DNA of 64,000 bases from Octopus sinensis (GCF_006345805.1 NC_042999.1:8308001-8372000); one strand, 5' to 3'; counted from the stretch's first letter, positions 35,317 through 48,744 are shown. The notes: a model not told the origin generated them from the sequence alone. Translations and numbers: made by a program.

Positions 35317-35689
35317 TTGGTAGTGGTAGTAGTAGCAGTAGGATTTTTTTCCTCTTTGATGGTCTATGGTTTCCAAAAAGAAGAACAAGATGCAATTAAA
35401 GTTTTGCAGTTGATGCGTTGGAATCGAAAGATGCTGGACCAGTTTCGTTGCAGCCATTTAGGATGCAAAAACAAGACAAAATTATTCATATCTCATTTGA
35501 TTACATTTTTCTTTTCCTTCCTCGCAGGTTTTCATTCACGTGTGTGTTCGTGTTTTTTTGTGTGTGTTTTTCATAGTTATATTATTGATGTTTTTGTTTT
35601 ATTCTTTTCCATTCTCAAAGCAGTTAAAAGGTTTACTAAAAGGAAAAAGACACATCCATATAGAAAGTCACACACATAAATACTCACAC

Positions 35690-36071
35690 AGAGACATACT
35701 TACATACACACATACATACATACATACATACATACACACACACTTACATACATACATACATACATACATACTACATACATACATACATACATACATACAT
35801 ACATACATACATACACACACACTTACATACATACATACAGACATACATACATACATACATACATACATACATACATACCACATACATACATATATACATA
35901 CACACACACTTACATACATACATACAGACATACATACATACATACATACATACATACATACATACATACATACATACATACATACATACATACATACATA
36001 CATACATACATACACACACACTTACATACATACAGACAGACATACATACATACATACATACATACATACAC

Positions 36072-36104
<33 letters not shown>

Positions 36105-36535
36105 CATACACACACACTTACATACATACATACAGACATACATACATACATACATACATACATACACACATACATACATACATACATACACACATACATA
36201 CATACATACATACATACACATTCATACATACATACATACATACATACATACATACATACTTACATACACACACACATACATACATACATACATACATACA
36301 TACATACATACATACATCCACCCATCAATACATACATACATACATACATACATACACACACATACATACATACACACATACATACATACATATATACATA
36401 CATACATACATACATACATACATCCATCCATACACACATACATACATACATACATACATACACATACATACTTACATACATACATACACACACACATACA
36501 TACATACATACATACACACATACATACATACAATA
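35690..36535. repeat. (CATA)n microsatellite, about 850 bp
   Basis: Direct reading. Confidence 0.95.
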
Positions 36536-37785
36536 ATAATTGAAAATGGAATAAAAGTAGAAATTGTTTGAAATAATTTGGATAGTTGTTGTCAAATAAA
36601 TCATTTTATATTACTGAGGATAGCAGAAATGAAGAATTCCATGTTCTTTGAGACATACGTCTTTTATTTATTTTATGTAATGGTTGTGTGGTTTGTGTAA
36701 TTATTTTATACACACAGACCCACACACACACACATAATATACAAATATATATATATATATTTATAGATAGGTTGATAAATATACAAATGTATGTATATAT
36801 ATGCATATATATATACATTCACAGACACATATACACAAACACACACACACATGCACAAACACACATGTACACACACATAATATATAAATATATATATTTA
36901 TTTATAGATTGATAGATATACAAATGTATCCATACATAAATATATATAAAGGCATATGCATACAATCACACACACATAATATATAAAAATATATATATAT
37001 TTATTGATAGATAGATAAATATACAAATGTATGAATATATATATGTCTATATCTATATATATATATAAACATATGCATACACACATACACACAGGCACAG
37101 ACACATGCACACACAATCACATACACACACACACATACACACATATCTGTAGATATATATTCAAAACTTTGGATACATGCATTCATAAAGGTATACTGAG
37201 CATAACTATATACCTATACATACATATATACACAAATATATGTATTTATATGTATGCGTTGACACACACATGTATATATATGTATAAGTATATATACATA
37301 TACATGTATAATCATACATACATATAAGTACATATACAATCACATTTATATACACACACATGCAGATATTAAGCACTGATATATATACGTAGAGATACAA
37401 TTTATTGCATATACAATTTCATATATTTGAACATAGATAACTCATACTTTACTAATATCTGTATGTATGCCTATCTATGCATGTCTATGTATGCCTAAGA
37501 ATATCTATGTTTGTGTGCTGATATCAAAAAGAGAGTTAGAGGCAAAAGAGGAAATATATTTGAAGGTTTCCATGAAATTGCAAATTTCAATTCAGAACAG
37601 TCAAACAATTAAATGAATTCATGAAAAAGAGGTAAAAAAAAGGTATCTTATTAAATGGATCTGTTAACTTTTGACTAATGTATTTCTGAATGAAACTCTT
37701 ATAAGACAAATATTTATTTCACTAATAAGCAAGAGTCCAAAGAATAAAAGAGCAGGTAATAATAATAATAATAATAATAGTAATA

Positions 37786-38312
<527 letters not shown>

Positions 38313-38373
38313 CCAACACCTGTTGTCAAGCAATGGTGGAAGTGAGTACATACACAGACAAACAAATATATAC

Positions 38374-38416
<43 letters not shown>

Positions 38417-38420
38417 TATG

Positions 38421-38574
38421 TTGTTGTATTTAGGAATGGTCATTTTGCCAGTTTAGCCAATAAAAACACACGCACTATATATTTGGTGTTACTTTGCTTC
38501 AGCATAATTTATTTTTTACATTAATCTTAATCTTATTTCGGCCAGAGTTCTTTCGTCACACTCCTGTGACCGCA

Positions 38575-38578
<4 letters not shown>
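38421..38578 (-). repeat. Penelope-type terminal-repeat fragment with a hammerhead-like motif (38540-38578)
   Basis: Homologous to 46657-46840; minus reads [a]TGATGc g gtcac aggagt gtgac GAAA gaactc tggcc. Confidence 0.55.
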
Positions 38579-38659
<81 letters not shown>

Positions 38660-38663
<4 letters not shown>

Positions 38664-39150
38664 TATGTTTGACTTTTGCTTTATATTTGTACAAGTTAGT
38701 TCCAAGTCTCACCCAGAGACCTCAAGAGACAACAGGTTGGAAGTTCATGTTGTTGTCATGCCTAGTGTGCCATATATTTGGTTTTGTATTTAGTGTTGTA
38801 CTAGTGAATGTCTAAAAAAACCATACAAAAATTCTATACATTGTCATTCTATGCATTGTCAACAGTTTTCGTATTTTTCTGTCAAGATTACATATTTCAG
38901 TAATTGACCAGTTAACAATATTGAAACTGTAAGTCACGACTGGTATGGCTAATGCATTGATCGCTTCGATCCTGTTTCTTGCATTCAGCTCTGTCTTGAG
39001 TATTGCTCTTACTCTTCGATAACATTCTCTCCTGATCCTTTCCTTCATCACTGAATGCCTTATTCCGTCCCCTTCAATTACCCCTAGGTACTTGTAGCCC
39101 TCCGCTGGGTCTAACTCTTTTATGACATGCTGCTGGTCAAGGTTAACGTT
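38660..39150 (-). mobile_element. R4/Dong-type LINE, internally deleted (RT piece fused to 3' UTR)
   Basis: GYKYLGVIEGDG...KERIRRECYRRVRAILKTELNARNRIEAINALAIPVVTYSF...LLTMHRM, then directly the 3' UTR also seen at 29325-29460. Confidence 0.85.
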
Positions 39151-39824
39151 AGATGTTTCTGTCTTATTATTATTACTATTATTATTATTATTATTATTAT
39201 CATTATTATATAGTGCGTGTGTTTTTATTGGCTAAACTGGCAAAATGACCATTCCTAAATACAACAATATCTGTTTCAACACACGATTTCACATAAAAAT
39301 CTTGCAAAACAAATATATATATATATGTATGTATGTATGTATATATATATATGTATATATATACGACAAGCTTCTTTCAGTTCTGCCTATCAAATCCTGA
39401 GTCTATAGTAGAAGATATTTGCCCAGGGTGCCACACAGTAGGACTGAACCCAGAACCATTTTCATCAATTAATTAATAGATGTCTCCTAATTAGCATGGA
39501 CCATAATCAAGAAGGTTTTTCACTTTGTACCTTACCTTAAGCAATTCATGTAAACGATCCCCCAATTAAATGTAATTCAAAGATAACGAGGTAGAATTTC
39601 TTATCATATGATCTGAAAGGCATGGATTATGTTTCCACACTTATTCCTCTGCTGACTTGAGACCGAATCAAATGTCACTGGACAATCTTCACACGACAGC
39701 TTCTCTCAGGTATCAAAGAATTTGATAGGACATCGGCCTGGCTCCGTCATCGCTTCCCTATCCAATCCAGAAATAAACCAAGCATTATTGGCATTAAACT
39801 GCATGCTGACTGAATCTTGATTTT

Positions 39825-40460
39825 CACCAACACCACCACCATCATCATCATCACCACCACTACCACCATCACCACCACTGTCACCACCATCACCAACACT
39901 ACCACCATCACCACCACTGTCACCACCATCACCACCACTACCACCACCATCACCACCACAACCACCACCACAACCACTACCACCACCACCATCACCACCA
40001 CCACCACCACCACCACCACTACCATCATCATCACCACCACCATCACCACCATCATCATCACCACCACTACTACCATCACCACCACCATCACCACCATTAC
40101 CACCACGACCACGACCACCATCACCAACACCACCACCACAACCACCACCACCACCATCACCACCACCTCCACAACCACCACCACCACCACCATCACTACC
40201 ACCACCATCACCACCACCACCACCACACCACCACCACCATCACCACCACCACCACCACCACTACCATCATCATCACCACCACCATCACCACCATCATCAT
40301 CACCACCACTACTACCATCACCACCACCATCACCACCACCACCACCACCACCACCACCACCACCATCACCACCATCACCACCACCACCATCCCCACCACT
40401 ACCACCACTACCACCACCACCACTACCACCACCACCATCACCACCACCACCACTACCACC
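39825..40460. repeat. (ACC)n/(ATC)n compound microsatellite
   Basis: Direct reading. Confidence 0.92.
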
Positions 40461-41139
40461 GGGAAGCAGGAGTTTTCTTCAACTGAATACCCATCTTTGA
40501 TTGGTTAAAATTTACCCAAATATGACAACTTTAACATGAAATAACTTCTAAAATACGAAATTTTGTCAAAAAATGTTGAAAGTAAACCGTGTTGAGTGTA
40601 AGAAATTATACCAGTATACGAAGTTTCAAACTGTTTTGTTACAAAAACAGAATTTTTAAATCTGTGAGCAAAACTGAACAGATCCATGCAAAGTGGTTTA
40701 ATAGAATATTGAATGGGAAATAGGTCTTTAAATATAATTATGCTAATGATGATGATGACGATGATGATGAGGAGGAGGATGACGACAATGATGGTGATGA
40801 TGATGTAGTGATGACGGCGATGACGATGATGATGAGGAGGAGGAGGTGGAGGAGGATGATAATGACGACAATGATGGTGATGATGATGTAAGTGATGACG
40901 GCGATGACAATAATGATGATGATGAGGAGGAGGAGGAGGAAGGAGAGGAGGTTGATGATGATGATGATGATGATAATGAAGTGGTAATGTATTGGAGTAG
41001 GGAAGAATAAACTGTGAACGGTTGAGGAGTGGGGTGGGTACGCATATTGTTGTCTGTGAGAATATCTCTGTTAAGAAGCCATGTCTCTCTCTGTCCTGTG
41101 TCTGCAGAAGGTGACTTTGAGGGAGGCCAGTTGGCAAAC

Positions 41140-41157
41140 CTCTGTGTGTGTGTGTGT

Positions 41158-41208
<51 letters not shown>

Positions 41209-41740
41209 GTGTGTGCGTGCACTTGTGTGCCTGTGTGTGTGAGTATATGTGTGTATATGTATGTGTATGTGTATATGTATGTGTGTATGTGTATATGTGT
41301 TTCTATGTGTGAGTGAGTGCATGTGCATTGATGTGTGTGTATATGTGCATGTGTATGTGTGCATGTATATATGTGTCTATGAGTGTGTGTATGAGTGTGT
41401 ATATGTGTATATGTGTGTGTATGTGTGAGTGTGTGCATGTGCATTTGTGTGCCTGTGTGTGTATATATGTGTGTGCATGTGTGCGTGTATATATGTCTAT
41501 GTATGAGTGTGTGTATGTTTATATGTGTGTGTGTATGTGTGAGAATGTGTGCATGCATTTTTCTGCCTCTCTGTGTGTGTATATGTGTGTGTATGAGTGT
41601 GTGTATGAGTGTATGCATTTGTATATGTGTCTCTGTGTGTATCTGTGTGAGTGTGCGCATGTGCATTTGTGTGCATGTGCATTTGTGTGCATGTGTGTGT
41701 GTATGTTGCATGCATGCATATATGCGTGTGTGTGTGTGAC
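41140..41740. repeat. TG/TATG-rich compound microsatellite
   Basis: Direct reading. Confidence 0.9.
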
Positions 41741-42811
41741 AGTTTTATGTGCGTCTCGATTGACCCTCTTCGCTGTGAAACCGATTCAGATGACATCTCT
41801 TAATAATAGCCTCACACGTCTAATTAGTCTGCAAGGTTTTACAATGGCCTAACGAGGAGCTAAATTAATAACTTAACCAGAACATAAAGAGTTCCGAAAG
41901 AGATAATTCTCGGGTGGCACATCTTCGTGTATAAGCGCTGATTGCTAGGGATTAATGGCAATAGGGATTATCTGTTGGAATATTAAGGATTCAGGTGGTG
42001 GGCAGGGCGTGGGGGAGTCAAAGAATTCGACTTCGTAAGAATGGTCTGTGGCCTTCAGACTTTGTGGTTGGTGCCGTGAATCAACACCATCATCATCCTC
42101 ATCATCATCATCACCATCATCATCTATATTGGCATGAGCACCATCATCATCAACAGCAGCAACAGCATCATCATCATCATCATCATCATCATCATTGTCA
42201 CCATCAACCATAACTGCCCGTACCACCACCACCCTCTTCCTCCCCGTCCCTCCTCCTAAACCACCACCTCCTCCTCTGCCTCCACCACACCACCTCCTCC
42301 AGCGCCTCCTCCTCTTCTTCCACCACTACCTTCTCCTTCACCACCTACTCACCTTCTGCCTCTTCACCTTCCATCTCCCCACCTTCCTCCTCCACCACCA
42401 CCTCTTCACCTTTCACCTCTTCACCTCCAACCTCCCCACCTTCCACCACCACTTCTTCCTTTCCTCCCTTCCACCCCTTTCTCCTCATCATCCCCTCCCC
42501 TGCTTCACCCTCTCCTCCACTCTTTATCCCCCACCCTCCTATAATTACATTTTTAATTAAGGAATCCACTGATGTTGCTCCCATATTTCTGAACATGTAT
42601 TTCCCATTTTATATTATTTTGAATTAATTATTAGCAAAGGTAATCTGTTTTAATACCAAGAGATAATCCCTATATCCAGCTTAGAACACTGAATACCTTG
42701 CCATTAGCCTCTCACACAGGTGCTGACTTGGGCAGAAAAAAATTAATGGTTTTAGGAAAAAGTGACTGAAACAATCTCTATGATGTCTTTCAATTGCTAG
42801 AAATAGTAGCC

Positions 42812-43262
42812 AAAGGTGGCGAGCTGGCAGACACATTAGCATGCCGGGCGAAATGCTTAGCGGTATTTCGTCTGTCTTTACGTTCTGAGTTCAAATTCCG
42901 CCAACGTCGACTTTGCCTTTCATCCTTTCGGGGTCAATAAATTAAGTACCAGTTACACACTGGGGTCGATGTAATTGGCTTAATTCCTTTGTCTGTCCTT
43001 GTTTGTCCCTTCTATGTTTAGCCCCCTGTGGGCAATAAAGAAATAAGAAACGTTAGCACGCCGGATGAAATGTTTAGCCATATTTCGTCTGTCTTTATGT
43101 TCTGAGTTCAAATTCCGCTGAGGTCAACTTTGCCTTTCATGCTTTCGGGGTCGATTAAATAAGTACCACTTATGCACTGGGGTCGATGTAATCGACTTAA
43201 TCCATTTCTCTGTCCTTGTTTGTCCTCTTTGTATATAGCCCCTCGTGGGCACTAAAGAAATA
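42812..43262 (+). mobile_element. Family B SINE dimer
   Basis: Junction gaaataag|aaacgttagc at about 43047; 13-bp TSD agaaatagtagcc at 42799-42811 and 43263-43275. Confidence 0.9.
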
Positions 43263-43327
43263 AGAAATAGTAGCCGAATCTTCTACATACTTCACGTTTG
43301 CTATGCTTAAAACAAAAATGCATAAAT

Positions 43328-43715
43328 AGGTGCAGGTTTGGCTGTGTGGTAAGTAGCCTGCTTACCAACCAAGTGGTTCCAGGTTCCGTTCCACTGCATG
43401 GCACCTTGGGCCAGTGTCTTCTACTATAGCCTTGGGCTGACCAAAGACTTGTGAGTGGATTTGGTAGATGGAAACTGAAAGAAGCCAGTCATATATACAT
43501 ATATATATGTGTGCATGTGTGTTTGTGTGTGTGTTTTTGTCTCACCACCATCGCTTAACAACCGATGTTGGTGTGTTTACATCCCTGTAACCTAGCAGTT
43601 CAGCAACAGAGACCGACAGAATAAGTACTAGGTTTACAAAGAATAAGTCTTGGGGTTGATTTGTTTGACTAAAGGTAGTGCTCCAGCTTGGCGACACTCA
43701 AATAAGTAAAAGAAT
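43328..43715 (+). mobile_element. Family A SINE
   Basis: Colinear with 4549-4952. Confidence 0.8.
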
Positions 43716-44039
43716 GGAATAAACTCTGGAAAGTGGTTTATTGCTTGATGTTGTTGTTTTGCTTTGGGCCATCTCTGACCAAGCAGAATTATGATCAAAA
43801 GTGGGACAACACTGACCATTCCACCTTAGACTACATTAGCCTTTCTTTCTAAGATGATCAGTGGGGGATTTGAGAGCAAATTGGCTGCTATTTCTAACAG
43901 GTCTACATAGAGCTTCTTCATCAGCATATTTGCAACTGGTTGTTGTTGTTGTTTTTTTAGCCCTTGGTATACTCATATTGAGCTTGCCTATGATCAAAGA
44001 TTATTCTGTCTTCTTTACAGATATACTGTATTTTGCTTG

Positions 44040-44400
44040 ATTCAGCCATTAGACTGCGACCATGCTGGGGCATCATCTTGAATTGACCCCAGTACATTTT
44101 TTAGAATTGTATCAGTCTCTTTTGCCAAACTGCTAAGATGCAGGGATGTAAACAAACTAACACCAGTTGTGAAGCAGTGGTGGTAGATAAACACACACAC
44201 ACACACACACACAAATGCACACACATTGCATGTAGGTATGACAAGCTTCTTTCAGTTTCCATCTACCAAATCCAGTCACAAGGCTTTGGTCAGCCTGAGG
44301 CTGTAGTAGAAGACACTTACCCAAAGTGACATGCAGTGGGACTGAACCTGGAACCATGAGGTTAGGAAACAATCTTCTTATCCCAAAACCACTTCTGCAC
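44040..44400 (-). mobile_element. Family A SINE (older, diverged)
   Basis: Tail, (CA)n and head recognisable in inverted orientation. Confidence 0.7.
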
Positions 44401-45234
44401 CTGTGTCTATCTTGGATTACATCGTTTAACTCATAGACTTTTATTTGAACGATATGGTGCAGTTTAAAGATGATTTAGCTGCTATTTCTAGCAGATCTAA
44501 CAAACAATTAAAGATCTCTCTTTCCCTGGCTTATTGCTTTACTGCTGTTCAAGATAAATAGCAAAATTTGGCTTTATTTAAAGAAGCGAAAAATTCAAAT
44601 AAGATATAACTGTCGCTGTCAACAACTTCCCGACACTTTCTGACACAAGACAAAACCAATTCTAAAGATGGAAATTATTCAAAAACATCCGTCACTTAAA
44701 TGATAACAAATTTGTTAGGAATTGAAATAAATAAAATAAAATATAAGAAAAAAAAAAGAAAAGAAAACGGTGCAGTTTTGTTGAGCGGAAAATAATAATT
44801 TGAACAAAAGCAACATTTGGTGTCACTGGTAATTCAGAATCCAAATTTTATCTATAGAATTTTCATTTTTTTTTAATCTTTTTAATCTTATAAACTCTCA
44901 GACAATTCTGGCAGCTGCCTTTGTCTACCTTTAGGAGAAGAAAAAAAAAGAAGAAGAAGAAATAGAGAAATAAAGTGCAACTAATGAAGTGTTTAAATAT
45001 CACATGATTAACAACTTCTGAACGACCATTCAGTGTCATGTTATATTCTGAGAGTTTAATAAGACCATCAGATTTAGTGTGGGACATTGGAATTGGTTAT
45101 GGAAGAACAAAGGTGACAATTTATGGGAAAGGAATACACTAGAAATGAACGGACACCAGAATATTACTGGTATTTGCTTTCTTAGTTTCTAGTGTGACAA
45201 GTACTACCAAAGTAGAATTTGAAATTAAGTGCCA

Positions 45235-45524
45235 CTGTCATTGCCAGTGTTGCTGGACTGACTCCTGTGCAGGTGGCAAGCAAAGAAACACCATTTCGAG
45301 AGCATGGCCGTAGCTAGTACCGCCAGACTGGCCCTCGTACAGGTGGCACGTAAAAGTACCCACTGCACTCTCAGAGTGGTTGGCGTTAGGAAGGGCCTCT
45401 GGCTGTGGAAGCTCTGCCAGATCAGATTGGAGCCTGGTGCAGCCTCATGGCTCGCCAGCCCTCAGTCAAACTTGTCCAACCCATGCTAGCATGGAAAGCG
45501 GACGTTAAACAATGATGATGATGA

Positions 45525-45527
<3 letters not shown>
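45235..45527 (+). mobile_element. Family C repeat
   Basis: Diagnostic tail ...gctagcatggaaagcggacgttaaacaatgatgat. Confidence 0.8.
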
Positions 45528-45574
<47 letters not shown>

Positions 45575-45639
45575 TGTGCATGAGGAGACCTATTGAGTCA
45601 AATACATTAACATCAAACAATCAAATGGAAATTGTAGTT

Positions 45640-45946
45640 GTGATACCTGTGCCGGTGGCACATAAAAAGCATCATCCAAACGTGGCCAATGCTAGCGCCA
45701 CCTTGACTGGCTTCCGTGCTGGTGACACGTAAAAAGCACCAACCAATCAGGGCTGTTGCCAGCCTCACCTGGCACCTGTGCTAGTGGCACGTAAAAAGCA
45801 CCCACTACACTCACAGATTGGTTGGTGTTCGGAAGGGCATCCAGCTGTAGAAACACTGCCAGATCAGACTGGAGCCCAGACCCCGGTCGAACCATCCAAC
45901 CCATGCTAGCACGGAAAACGGATGTTAAACGATGATGATGATGATG
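45640..45946 (+). mobile_element. Family C repeat
   Basis: Diagnostic subrepeats and tail. Confidence 0.8.
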
Positions 45947-46009
45947 AATATAGGGAAAGAAAGAATGAAGTTAAGTTTATCTATTTCTGTTGCATGATTC
46001 AAGAGTAAT

Positions 46010-46388
46010 ACAACACTTTGCGAATATTTCCTTCAAGTAAATCCACCAATAGAAGAGAATATGACCAAAAACTGCGTGTACTCCATCCCATGTATCTTAT
46101 ACAAAGGGGAAACATGCCGCCCTCTCAAAATAAGGTTAGAGGAACATCACAAAGCTGTGACATGAGGAGAAATTGGGTATAGCTGATCATGTATGGAAAA
46201 ATGGAGATCACCTCCCGCTGTGGGAGGAAGTTAAAAAAATAGACAGAGAACACCACTGGAAAATACGAAAACTAAAAGAAGCAGCACATATGTTAGGACA
46301 CAACAACCTCCTAAGCAGACCCAGTGCAGATATGAGTAGCATATGGGAACCGGTATTAAGGAAGGATAGGAAAATATTAGATTTATAA
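46010..46388 (+). mobile_element. Penelope-like element remnant: GIY-YIG endonuclease C-terminal region
   Basis: TTLCEYFLQVNPPIEENMTKNCVYSIPC.LYKGETCRPLKIRLEEHHKAV*GE / GIADHVWKNGDHLPLWEEVKKIDREHHWKIRKLKEAAHM (VYSI...YKGET motif pair). Confidence 0.85.
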
Positions 46389-46426
46389 GCCTTAAAATTC
46401 ACTCCATAATTGCCCACAGGCATATG

Positions 46427-46643
46427 GCGTAGTGGTTAAGAGCGTTGGCTACTAACTCCAAGATTCTGAGTTTAATTCCAGGCAGTGATCTGAATAATAA
46501 CAATAATAACAACATTCTTAGGAATTAGAACCCAGGTTTGAAATTTTCCCAAGACACCTGATGGCTGGAGGGGATATCAGCCGAAACGTTGTGTTAACAA
46601 CAAACAAGATAAGGACAAATATCCATCAAATGTAAATAATGTA
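46427..46643 (+). mobile_element. Family E element (tRNA-like head, (AAT)n, hammerhead-like motif, tail), directly downstream of the GIY-YIG ORF
   Basis: ggcatatggcgtagtggttaagagcg...gagtttaattcc; colinear with 9369-8728. Confidence 0.8.
46553..46595 (+). ncRNA. Minimal type I hammerhead-like motif (3-nt deletion after CTGATG)
   Basis: gacac CTGATG gctg gaggggatat cagcc GAAA cgtt gtgtt; stem I gacac/gtgtt, palindromic ACGT stem III, GUU triplet. Confidence 0.6.
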
Positions 46644-46656
46644 TGATTCCTGATGC

Positions 46657-46840
46657 CGTGTGTTCAAACAGATATTGTTGTATTTCAGAATGGTTATTTA
46701 TTTATTTATTTATTTTGCCAAATAAACACATGCACTATATATCCACTCTACACTCCTTTATTACTGTTCTTATTCTAACTCCTGTCCATTGTCTGGAAAT
46801 CTTTCGTCACTCATCTGTGACCTCCTCAGTGACACTTTCC
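46657..46840 (-). repeat. Penelope-type terminal-repeat fragment with a hammerhead-like motif (46790-46835)
   Basis: Minus reads gtgtca CTGAGGA g gtcac agatga gtgac GAAA gatttc cagac; homologous to 38421-38578. Confidence 0.55.
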
Positions 46841-46924
46841 ATCTTCATGTGTGCTCTTGTTCTGCTTATTCCATTCTCATATAAAGGGTAAATCATGTTG
46901 GTTTACTACAATATTGTATTTGAA

Positions 46925-47870
46925 GTAAAGATTGTTTGCCAACATAACATGGACATTCTGGTTTAGGACGAATGTTGCTGTAATTTAGCCCCAGGAGACA
47001 TTGTCTCCAGCTGGCTACACGACACGATCTGTGTCCTTATATTTTTGAGCTGAGTTGGGGTACTAGATTCCCTTGTTCGAAAATATAAGGACACAGATTG
47101 TGTCATATAGCCAGCTGGAGACGATGTCTTCTGGGGCTAAATTACAGCAACATTCGTCCTAAACCAGGACTGCCATGTTATGTTGGCAAACAATCTTTAC
47201 TCTAAAGTACTGTTGCTGAATATCTCTTGTTGTGTGATTTAAAAATAGTAATTTTCCAATTAATAGATCAGTGACTAGTTGTCACTATGAAAACTATATA
47301 TTTCGAACACCACCTCTAGCCGAACAATTATTCCGTGCTGATGAAGGGAAATAACCCAGGAATTGCGATACACAGATATTGTTTTGAGCTGAGTGGGGGT
47401 GCTAGATGCCCTTGTTCGAAAATATAAGGACACAGATCGTGTCGTATAGCCAGCTGGTGACAATGTCTCCTGGGGCTAAATTACAGCAACATTCATCCTA
47501 AACCAGGACTGCCATGTTGTGTTGGCAAACAATCTTTAATCCATATATCTACCTGTTTAATGACCAACTAATTTTAGATCTCTTTGATAGCACCACCTCT
47601 CAGTTTTCAGTTGCAGCCCTAGGAGACATCGTCTCCAGCTGGTTATACGACACGATCTGTGTCCTTATATTTTTGAGCTGAGTGGGGGTGCTAGATTCCT
47701 TTGTTCGAAAATATAAGGACACAGATCGTGTTGTATAGCCAGCTGGTGACAATGTCTCCTGGGGCTAAATTACAGCAACATTAGTCCTAAACCAGGACTG
47801 CCATGTTATGTTGGCAAATAATCTTTACTCCAAAGTACCGTTGCTGAATATCTCTCCTTGTGAAATTTTC
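46925..47870. repeat. Three tandem copies of a ~200-bp module; two have inverted 5' extensions (foldbacks) and one is preceded by a hammerhead-like motif
   Basis: Foldback 46925-47200 (arms about 120 bp); copy 2 about 47376-47540; copy 3 about 47615-47870 with a partial inverted arm. Confidence 0.88.
47333..47375 (+). ncRNA. Minimal type I hammerhead-like motif (degenerate; GAAA changed to GGAA)
   Basis: ccgtg CTGATGA aggg aaataa ccca GGAA ttgcga t a cacag; stem I pairs at 4 of 5 positions; near-palindromic ATTGCGAT stem III. Confidence 0.5.
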
Positions 47871-48344
47871 AAATAGTATCCAATATTGTATTTATTCCAA
47901 AATAGCCAAGATTAATCTGCTAAACTAATATCTTTTCCACTATAAGCACAAGGCCTGTTCTGGTGGAGGCAGAGGATCAGTTGATTAAGTCCACCTCAGA
48001 GCTCACCTGGTTCTTATTTCAACAATCCTGAAAGGATGTATGGCTAAGGTGACCTTGGTAGAATTCGAACTCAGAATGTAAAGACAGACAAAATGTTGGG
48101 AAGTATTTGTTCTGTCTGCTAATCATTCTGCCAGCTCACTAAACTAATATAGCATTTAATCCCTGTACCTTTAAAGATAATCTGATTTAAAACCACAGTG
48201 AGATTCTGAGGCAATGCTGGAGCATAAGTACATCTGCAGTTAATTTAATAAAACTATGGTGAATATCTCATTGATTGTTGTAAGTATAAAAGCTACTGTT
48301 AGTTGGATTTAGTATATTTTTGTAAAGAGATATCCTACTCTTTT

Positions 48345-48742
48345 ACACGTTTTAGTCATTTGACTGTGGCCATGCTGGAGCAACGGCTTTAGTCGAGCAA
48401 ATCGACCCCAGGACTTATTCATTATAATCCTAGTACTTATTCTATCAGTCTCTTTTGCCGAACCACTAAATTACAGGAACGTAAACACACCAGTTGTCAA
48501 GCGATGTTGCGGGGAACAAACACAGACACACAAACGTATACACACACACACACACACACCATATATATACATATATACAACGGGCTTCTTTCAGTTTCCA
48601 TCTACCAAATCCACTCACAAGGCTTTGGTCGGCCCAAGGCTATAGTAGAAGACACTTGCTCAAGGTGCCACACTGTGGGACTGAAGCCGGAACCATGTGG
48701 TTAGTAAGCAAGCTATTTACCACACAGCCACTCCTGCGCCTA
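48345..48742 (-). mobile_element. Family A SINE
   Basis: Full head-to-tail match. Confidence 0.85.
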
Positions 48743-48744
48743 CC

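Noticed and set aside
35540-36571. Long HTYI/MYVC ORFs (also 40743-41852, 49376-49942 and 21929-22620)
   Set aside because: They are translations of (CATA)n and (TG)n microsatellites.
41945-42085. Protein-like minus-strand stretch (SLKATDHSYEVEFFDSPTPCPPPES)
   Set aside because: It is short, lacks a good acceptor and has no family resemblance; insufficient to call.
46163-46165. TGA in the Penelope remnant as a selenocysteine codon
   Set aside because: The fragment is also frameshifted nearby, and the position is more simply explained as CGA to TGA decay.
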